NCBI GenBank assembly: GCA_040398005.1
Contig: JBBAUX010000002.1
Coordinates: forward strand, 32,001-96,000
Length of the DNA stretch: 64,000 bases
DNA from: Opitutales bacterium
GTDB lineage: Bacteria; Verrucomicrobiota; Verrucomicrobiia; Opitutales; UBA953
Direction of reading: 5' to 3'
The stretch's first letter is position 1. Each line of letters starts with the position of its first letter. Made by a program: the position numbers and the translations under genes. Positions 57,953 through 64,000 of this stretch are shown piece by piece. The notes beneath the pieces are model-generated. The model searched no databases and was not told the origin of the DNA. It was given only the letters and a program-made list of their open reading frames with translations.

Positions 57953-58897
57953 ATGCGTCACTTCCTCAAAGAGACCGATTTAAGTTTGGCTGAAATCCAA
58001 TCGATTTTTGCCCAGGCTGCTTTGTTGAAATCGCAAAGGGGTCAGGCTAAATCTCAGGATCTCGCCCAGCAGTCCTGGGGCCTACTTTTTTTCAAGAAGA
58101 GTACCCGGACCCGAGTTTCTTTTCAGGTCGGCGTCCATGAACTTGGCGGACAGCCCGTCATGCTGAATGCGGATGACATGCAAATCTCGCGTGGCGAAAC
58201 GGTAGCGGATACCGCAAAAGTTTTATCACGTTATTTGCATGGCATGGTTATCCGGTGCCATGAACACAAACTCTTAGAAGATTTTGCTCAATCGGGCACG
58301 ATACCAGTCGTGAATGCATTATCTGACTTCCTGCACCCCTGTCAGTTTATGACTGATATGTTCACGCTCGCGGAACGTTGGTCGAAAGGAAAACCAGAAA
58401 ATTTTGCGAGTTCCTTAAAAGGACGGAAGGTTGCTTTCTTGGGTGACACTGCCTGTAACATGGCGAACTCATTTATTCTCGGCGGAGCTGCTCTCGGTGT
58501 GGAAATTGCTTTAGCGGGTCCAGCTGGCTACGAGCCCACCGCAGAAATTAAACAACAGCTTAAAAAAGATGGACTCAAGGAAACATTTACTTTTACGACC
58601 GACGCCGCTGCTGCGGTTAAGGGTGCAGACATGGTTTATACCGATGTTTGGGTGAGCATGGGCATGGAGGCTGAAAAGGCCGAAAGACTTAAAACCATGC
58701 AACCTTATCAAGTGAATTCGAAGCTGATGGCTCTGGCTAAACCCGATGCGTATTTCATGCACTGCTTGCCTGCTCACCCAGGCGAAGAAGTAACCGCCGA
58801 AGTTTTAGCGAGTCCGCAAAGCATTATTTTTGATCAAGCGGAAAACAGACTCCACGTGCAAAAAGCCATTCTCGCCCATTTAACCCGACACCGCTAA
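57953..58897 (+). CDS. argF: Ornithine carbamoyltransferase
   Basis: STRT, HPCQ, DVWVSMG, HCLP, AENR. Confidence 0.96.
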   Translation: MRHFLKETDLSLAEIQSIFAQAALLKSQRGQAKSQDLAQQSWGLLFFKKSTRTRVSFQVGVHELGGQPVMLNADDMQISRGETVADTAKVLSRYLHGMVIRCHEHKLLEDFAQSGTIPVVNALSDFLHPCQFMTDMFTLAERWSKGKPENFASSLKGRKVAFLGDTACNMANSFILGGAALGVEIALAGPAGYEPTAEIKQQLKKDGLKETFTFTTDAAAAVKGADMVYTDVWVSMGMEAEKAERLKTMQPYQVNSKLMALAKPDAYFMHCLPAHPGEEVTAEVLASPQSIIFDQAENRLHVQKAILAHLTRHR

Positions 58898-58915
58898 TTT
58901 ATTATTTAATATACC

Positions 58916-60172
58916 ATGAGTAAGAAAAAGAAAATCGTCCTCGCCTATTCGGGCGGACTCGACACCTCCGTCCTCCTATCTTGGATTAAGGATAAGCATC
59001 ATGCCGAGATGATCGCATTTTGCGCCGACATCGGCCAAGAAGATGAGTTGAAGGGCTTGAAGCAAAAAGCGCTCAAGACCGGTGCGTCTAAACTTTATAT
59101 TGATGACCTCCAAGAGGAATTCGCCCGCGACTTTATTTTCCCGATGATGCAAGCGGGTGCGATTTACGAAGGTCAATACTACCTCGGTACATCGATTGCC
59201 CGTCCACTCATCGCCAAGCGCATGGTTGAGATTGCTCGCAAAGAAGGTGCGACCGCCATTGCTCACGGTGCGACGGGTAAGGGTAATGACCAAGTGCGTT
59301 TTGAATTAACCTGTGCGGCCTTAGCACCTGATTTAGAAATCATCGCGCCATGGCGTAATGAGGAATTCCGTGCCGATTTCCCCGGTCGTGCTGAAATGAT
59401 CGCCTATTGCGCGAAGAATAAAATCCCGGTCGAAGCGAGTGCGAAAAAGCCCTATTCTTCGGATCGAAACCTTCTTCACATTTCTTATGAAGCTGGCATT
59501 CTAGAGGATCCTTGGATGGATGCTTTTGCACCTGCGAACAAGGCCATGTTCAAACTTTCCGTTTCACCGGAAGACGCTCCGAATAAACCTGAGTATGTTG
59601 AACTCGAATTCCGCCAAGGTGATTGTATCGCGGTAAACGGTAAGAAGATGAATCCGCTCGGAGTGATGCGCACGCTGAATAAAATCGGTGGCCGTCATGG
59701 CGTCGGTCGAGTCGACATGGTAGAAAATCGTTTCGTCGGCATGAAGAGTCGCGGCGTTTATGAAACACCAGGCGGTACGATTTTACATTTCGCTCACCGT
59801 CAGATTGAATCCTTAACCATGGATCGCGAAGTGATGCACTTACGCGACTCTTTAGTTCCTCGTTACGCGACCTTAGTTTACAATGGTTTCTGGTATGCTC
59901 CCGAGCGCCTAGCCCTACAGGCACTCATCACTGAATCTCAACGCAACGTGACTGGCACGGTTCGTGTGAAACTCTATAAAGGTGGTACTTATGTCGCAGG
60001 TCGAAAGAGTCCTCGCTCGTTGTACAATCCACATATTGCGACGATGGAAGCGGATCCAACCAAAGCTTACAATCAAGACGACGCTACGGGATTCATTCGC
60101 CTCAATGGTTTACGTTTACGCGTGAACTCAAAGGTCAATGGCGTGCAGAACTTAAGTAAGACCGTTCGATAA
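58916..60172 (+). CDS. argG: Argininosuccinate synthase
   Basis: [38 protein letters not shown]. Confidence 0.98.
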   Translation: MSKKKKIVLAYSGGLDTSVLLSWIKDKHHAEMIAFCADIGQEDELKGLKQKALKTGASKLYIDDLQEEFARDFIFPMMQAGAIYEGQYYLGTSIARPLIAKRMVEIARKEGATAIAHGATGKGNDQVRFELTCAALAPDLEIIAPWRNEEFRADFPGRAEMIAYCAKNKIPVEASAKKPYSSDRNLLHISYEAGILEDPWMDAFAPANKAMFKLSVSPEDAPNKPEYVELEFRQGDCIAVNGKKMNPLGVMRTLNKIGGRHGVGRVDMVENRFVGMKSRGVYETPGGTILHFAHRQIESLTMDREVMHLRDSLVPRYATLVYNGFWYAPERLALQALITESQRNVTGTVRVKLYKGGTYVAGRKSPRSLYNPHIATMEADPTKAYNQDDATGFIRLNGLRLRVNSKVNGVQNLSKTVR

Positions 60173-60190
60173 CACTAAGACACACCGATT

Positions 60191-60219
60191 AAAAAAGGCG
60201 TCCAGTGGACGCCTTTTTT
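60191..60219. terminator. Bidirectional terminator (argG / tRNA-Cys)
   Basis: AAAAAAGGCGTCCA / TGGACGCCTTTTTT inverted repeat. Confidence 0.9.
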
Positions 60220-60231
60220 GTTACTTTAAAT

Positions 60232-60306
60232 TGGAGGCGCGGGTCGGAATTGAACCGACGCATGGGGCTTTTGCAGAGCCCGGCCTTACCACTTGGCTAC
60301 CGCGCC
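60232..60306 (-). tRNA. tRNA-Cys (GCA)
   Basis: GGCGCGGTAGCCAAGTGGTAAGGCCGGGCTCTGCAAAAGCCCCATGCGTCGGTTCAATTCCGACCCGCGCCTCCA. Confidence 0.96.
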
Positions 60307-60402
60307 TAACACCTACAGGGCGTACTCTGCCACTTGTTAACTTTCTTTCAAGGGTTTTATGCAATGGCTTTCCTTTCTCAAATTATCCATTAAAACAGGG
60401 TA

Positions 60403-60894
60403 ATGTCAGCCCAACCTCCCTATCGTATTGGACTCGGTTACGACATTCATCCGCTCGTCTCTGGCCGTCCCTGTATTCTGGGAGGGGTCACGATTCCCTC
60501 AACGATGGGCCCTGATGGGCATTCCGACGCCGATGTTTTATTGCACGCCGTAGCCGACGCACTTTTGGGCGCGGCCGGACTTCGCGATATCGGATATTAT
60601 TTTCCGAATACGGATCCAAATATCAAAAATATCAAATCCGACCTGATTGTTAAAAAGGCTCTCGAGGAGATAAAAAAGTTGGGATGGATCGTGGGGAATA
60701 TCGACGTGGTCGTCATCGCCGAACAGCCAAAAATTTCTGAACACATCACCCAAATCAAAAAATCTATTTCAGGACTTTTAGAAGTGGGCGAAGATCAAGT
60801 CGGGGTAAAGGCGACGACGAATGAAGGGATGGACTCGATTGGCCAGGGTAGGGCTATTGCGGTTCAGGCTATTTGCATGCTTTTGAAAGCCTAA
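60403..60894 (+). CDS. ispF: 2-C-methyl-D-erythritol 2,4-cyclodiphosphate synthase
   Basis: RIGLGYDIH, GHSDADV, DIGYYFP, KATTNE. Confidence 0.96.
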   Translation: MSAQPPYRIGLGYDIHPLVSGRPCILGGVTIPSTMGPDGHSDADVLLHAVADALLGAAGLRDIGYYFPNTDPNIKNIKSDLIVKKALEEIKKLGWIVGNIDVVVIAEQPKISEHITQIKKSISGLLEVGEDQVGVKATTNEGMDSIGQGRAIAVQAICMLLKA

Positions 60895-60958
60895 ATAGAG
60901 GGTTTAGTCCTTTCCGTCTTGTCAAATCGGTCTAAACAAACTCTCTCCAATTAAATCT

Positions 60959-61372
60959 ATGGAGCAGACCCTTATTATTTTAAAACCCGATTGTATGGAG
61001 CACCGCCATTATGGCACTGTTCTCGCGCGCTTTGAAGCTGCTGGTTTTGACATTCAAGCCTGCAAATTAACCCGCCTCACGCCTGGTCAATTACGCGAAC
61101 ACTATGCGCACGTTGCGGATAAACCTTTTTATCCTGACATCGAAACTTTCATGTCCTCACGTCCCGTGATTATCGCTGTCTTAAGCGGTCAAAACGTCAT
61201 CGCTCGCGTGCGTGAATTGCTCGGACCCACGAATTCAAAAGTCGCTCCTAAAGGCACCATTCGCGGTGATTTTGGAACGGAGATGATGCGCAATGTTTGT
61301 CACGCCTCGGACAGCCCAGAGGCTGCCGCTGCTGAAATCAAACGTTTTTTTAGCGCGACCGAAATTTTCTAA
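60959..61372 (+). CDS. ndk: Nucleoside diphosphate kinase
   Basis: TLIILKPD, GTIRGDFG, NVCHASDS. Confidence 0.97.
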   Translation: MEQTLIILKPDCMEHRHYGTVLARFEAAGFDIQACKLTRLTPGQLREHYAHVADKPFYPDIETFMSSRPVIIAVLSGQNVIARVRELLGPTNSKVAPKGTIRGDFGTEMMRNVCHASDSPEAAAAEIKRFFSATEIF

Positions 61373-61409
61373 GTCTGCTACTTTCTATTTTTTTAGGGGT
61401 TTTAAAAGA

Positions 61410-62006
61410 GTGCACCGCTCATTTTTAAACTTCCTCAGCTTAGTAATATTTTCTTCGGTTGCCATCGCGGAGACTCCGAAGGCAAAATCTGATTTTGTTC
61501 TAAAGAGTTCGGTGATGATGGAGGGTGGAAGTATGCCCAAGGAATTTACGGGAGATGGTGCGGGTATTAGTCCGCCGCTGGAGTGGAAGGGCGCACCCGC
61601 AGGTACAAAATCTTTTGTCGTGATCATGCATCATTTCCCGCATGAAGGCGACCCGGCCCGCTGGTATTGGATTTTATATAATATTCCAAATACCATAACT
61701 TCCCTCGTAAAAGCGACCAAGGGTGTCGGCGTGAATGGCTCTAATTGCGTAGGTCCCGATTTAGCTTACGCACCGCCGCACTCTAAGGGACCAGGCATTA
61801 AAAAATACACGATCAGCATTTATGCTTTGTCTGCTCAGCCGAAATTAACGGTAACCGGTAAACAGTTGAATCGTGAGGCGATGCTGGCTGCTATTAAAGA
61901 TATTACACTGGGTCAGGCAGAGCTTAATTTTACGTATGATCGGACTGACGTGGTCTCGGCCGAAAAGGGTAGTGATGCGAGTTCGTCCAAAGGAAGTCGT
62001 CGTTAA
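61410..62006 (+). CDS. YbhB/YbcL (PEBP) family protein, probably exported
   Basis: SPPLEW, WYWILYNIP, YAPPHSKGPG, YAL; GTG at 61410 gives a signal peptide and removes the overlap with ndk. Confidence 0.82.
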   Translation: MHRSFLNFLSLVIFSSVAIAETPKAKSDFVLKSSVMMEGGSMPKEFTGDGAGISPPLEWKGAPAGTKSFVVIMHHFPHEGDPARWYWILYNIPNTITSLVKATKGVGVNGSNCVGPDLAYAPPHSKGPGIKKYTISIYALSAQPKLTVTGKQLNREAMLAAIKDITLGQAELNFTYDRTDVVSAEKGSDASSSKGSRR

Positions 62007-62098
62007 AAGGGCGCTTAACCCCCATCGGGGTAACTTTTTCGAGTTTTTTTGTGACTTCCCCGTTGCCCTTGGGTGGGTAAATTAAACAAAGTCTAACC

Positions 62099-63367
62099 AT
62101 GTTAGACCCTAAGTTATTTCGTGAGCAAATCGACACTGTCCGTAAGGGCATTGCTCGTAAAAAATTTCAAGTGGATCTCGAGGCTGTCTTAGCGGCCGAC
62201 GAAGTTCGCCGTCACGCCGTTGCTGAATTTGAAAACGCCCGTGCTTTACAAAACGCAGCGAATAAAGAGATGGCCACGATGCCCAAGGGTTCGCCTGAAT
62301 TTCAAGTAAAGTTGGCGGAGATGAAAGAGGCTTCGGCTCGCGTTAAGGAATTAGAAAAGAAAGTCAGCGAAGCGGAAGAAGTTTGGAAACAGGTCAGCTT
62401 AACGGTTCCCAATATTCCCCATGACTCGGTGCCCGAAGGTCGCACCGAAAATGAAAATAAAGTTCACTCAACCTGGGGTGACGTAGAGCAGTTAATTTCC
62501 CCAGCCGCCAAGCCCCACTGGGATATCGCTTGGTTTTCCAAAGCGATTGATTTTGAGCGCGGCGTCAAAGTCGCCGGGGCGGGTTTCCCTTTTTATATTG
62601 GTGATATGGCACGTTTAGTGCGTGCGCTGATTCAATTCTTTTTAGAAGAAGCCAATGCCGCCGGATACACCGAAGTGCACGCTCCCTTATTGGTGAATGC
62701 GGCGAGTGCGACGGCGACCGGTCAGTTGCCTGATAAAGAAGGACAAATGTATCACGCCCAAACGGATGATTTTTATTTAATTCCGACCGCCGAAGTTCCT
62801 GTGACGAATTTTTTCCGTGACGAGATTTTAGACGAAGCCTCGTTGCCCGTAAAACGGGTCGGTTACACGCCTTGTTTCCGTCGTGAAGCGGGTAGTTGGG
62901 GTGCTCACGTGCGTGGCCTGAATCGCCTGCATCAATTCGATAAAGTGGAATTGGTTAAATGGACGCATCCCAGTGAGTCGTTTAATGAGTTAGAAAAATT
63001 ACGCGGGGACGCTGAGCGCATTTTACAGAAACTGAATTTACCTTATCGCGTGTTATTGATTTGTGCCGGGGATATTGGTTTCTCGCATAGCAAACAATAC
63101 GATCTCGAAGTTTGGGCGGGCGGTCAGAAGCGCTGGTTAGAAGTTTCCAGCTGTTCTAACTTCACTGATTTCCAAGCACGTCGTGCCGGTATTCGCTATC
63201 GTCCCAAAGATGGAAAAGTAGAATACGCTCACACCTTAAACGGTTCAGCTCTGGGCCTACCTCGCGTATTAGCGGCGATTCTCGAAAATAATTTACAGCC
63301 CGATGGGAGTGTCGTTGTTCCGGAAGCCCTGCGTCGATGGTACGGCAAGGAAACTATCAAATTCTAA
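62099..63367 (+). CDS. serS: Serine--tRNA ligase
   Basis: LIPTAEV, FRREAGS, RLHQFDKVE, EVSSCSN, HTLNGSAL. Confidence 0.98.
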   Translation: MLDPKLFREQIDTVRKGIARKKFQVDLEAVLAADEVRRHAVAEFENARALQNAANKEMATMPKGSPEFQVKLAEMKEASARVKELEKKVSEAEEVWKQVSLTVPNIPHDSVPEGRTENENKVHSTWGDVEQLISPAAKPHWDIAWFSKAIDFERGVKVAGAGFPFYIGDMARLVRALIQFFLEEANAAGYTEVHAPLLVNAASATATGQLPDKEGQMYHAQTDDFYLIPTAEVPVTNFFRDEILDEASLPVKRVGYTPCFRREAGSWGAHVRGLNRLHQFDKVELVKWTHPSESFNELEKLRGDAERILQKLNLPYRVLLICAGDIGFSHSKQYDLEVWAGGQKRWLEVSSCSNFTDFQARRAGIRYRPKDGKVEYAHTLNGSALGLPRVLAAILENNLQPDGSVVVPEALRRWYGKETIKF

Positions 63368-63368
63368 A

Positions 63369-64000
63369 GTGTTTTCAGCTCCTGCCTCATTGCAAAAAAT
63401 TAAAACCGCGGCGTCACAATTACCGGAATTGTCACTGCCTAGTTCGCTCTTAGGTAAAAAAGTTGCGGTGGCAGTCTCGGGTGGTGCCGACTCGATTTAT
63501 TTATTGTGTGCACTCTCGGTGAATCCTGCGATTCGCCCAAATTTATTGGTCTTACACTTTGATCACGCGGCACGTGGCATTGAGTCTACCCATGATGCCT
63601 TATTCGTGAAGGAGGTTTGTCAGTCTTTGGGCGTTCCCTGTTATCTCGGTCGCCGAACGGAGGAAGGTCCGGCCTCCGAAGCGACATTGCGTGAAGCCCG
63701 AAATGCTTTTTTTGCCGAACAGCGAAAACTTCACGACTTTAATATTATTTGTACGGCGCATCATCTCGATGACGTTGCTGAAACGTTATTAATGAGACTG
63801 GCTCGTGGGGCCGGATTAACAGGTCTTTCGGCACCCCGCGTTTTGCAGAATTTTCGTGATGGGCATTTGCGATACCGTCCTTTGATTGCCGCCCGCTTGG
63901 GTAAAAAAGATATTTTAGAAGGTCTGCAACGCGTAGATATTCCCTGGCGTGAGGATGCCACCAACCAACTGCCTATCGTTAAGCGGAATCGGATTCGTCG
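63369..64000 (+). CDS. tilS: tRNA(Ile)-lysidine synthetase, truncated by the window end (not in ORF track)
   Basis: Manual translation from the GTG at 63369: VAVAVSGGADS, HFDHAARG, TAHHLDDVAETLLMRLARG, YRPL, REDATN, RNRIR. Confidence 0.93.
   Translation, partial: MFSAPASLQKIKTAASQLPELSLPSSLLGKKVAVAVSGGADSIYLLCALSVNPAIRPNLLVLHFDHAARGIESTHDALFVKEVCQSLGVPCYLGRRTEEGPASEATLREARNAFFAEQRKLHDFNIICTAHHLDDVAETLLMRLARGAGLTGLSAPRVLQNFRDGHLRYRPLIAARLGKKDILEGLQRVDIPWREDATNQLPIVKRNRIR

Noticed and set aside
57953..58897. Possible acetyl- or succinyl-ornithine transcarbamylase variant
   Set aside because: Has canonical OTC motifs STRT, SMG and HCLP, and argJ is present
60231..60515. 94-aa ORF
   Set aside because: Antisense reading of tRNA-Cys and out of frame with ispF
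61293..61409. Long overlap of the PEBP-family ORF with ndk
   Set aside because: GTG at 61410 yields a signal peptide and removes the overlap

Overview
This is a gene-dense bacterial core-genome window with short intergenic regions, about 58 protein genes and two tRNAs (Asp-GTC, Cys-GCA). I found no mobile elements, CRISPR arrays or rRNA. Gene content and order (rplM-rpsI-argCJBDFG, aroE-pilD, rodA-rne/rng, RNase Y together with RNase E/G, oleC/oleD, single-chain GcvPA/PB) suggest a compact Verrucomicrobiota/Opitutales-like genome; this is inference, with no search run. Most genes are housekeeping. The most interesting area is an RNA-decay locus at 41.4-47.1 kb. It holds RNase Y, an RNase E/G with no C-terminal scaffold, a stand-alone disordered protein that resembles that missing scaffold (Arg-rich repeats plus a membrane-targeting-like helix), and an unannotated ~170-nt structured 6S-like RNA. 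Other notable signals are a tandem ribbon-helix-helix protein with a histone-like Lys tail and a possible nested start, oleC-oleD-thioesterase without oleA/oleB, three PHO-box-like repeats before a porin, a sigma54-like promoter with enhancer boxes before clpB, and widespread apparently leaderless promoters. Several starts from the ORF track were trimmed to more plausible internal starts.
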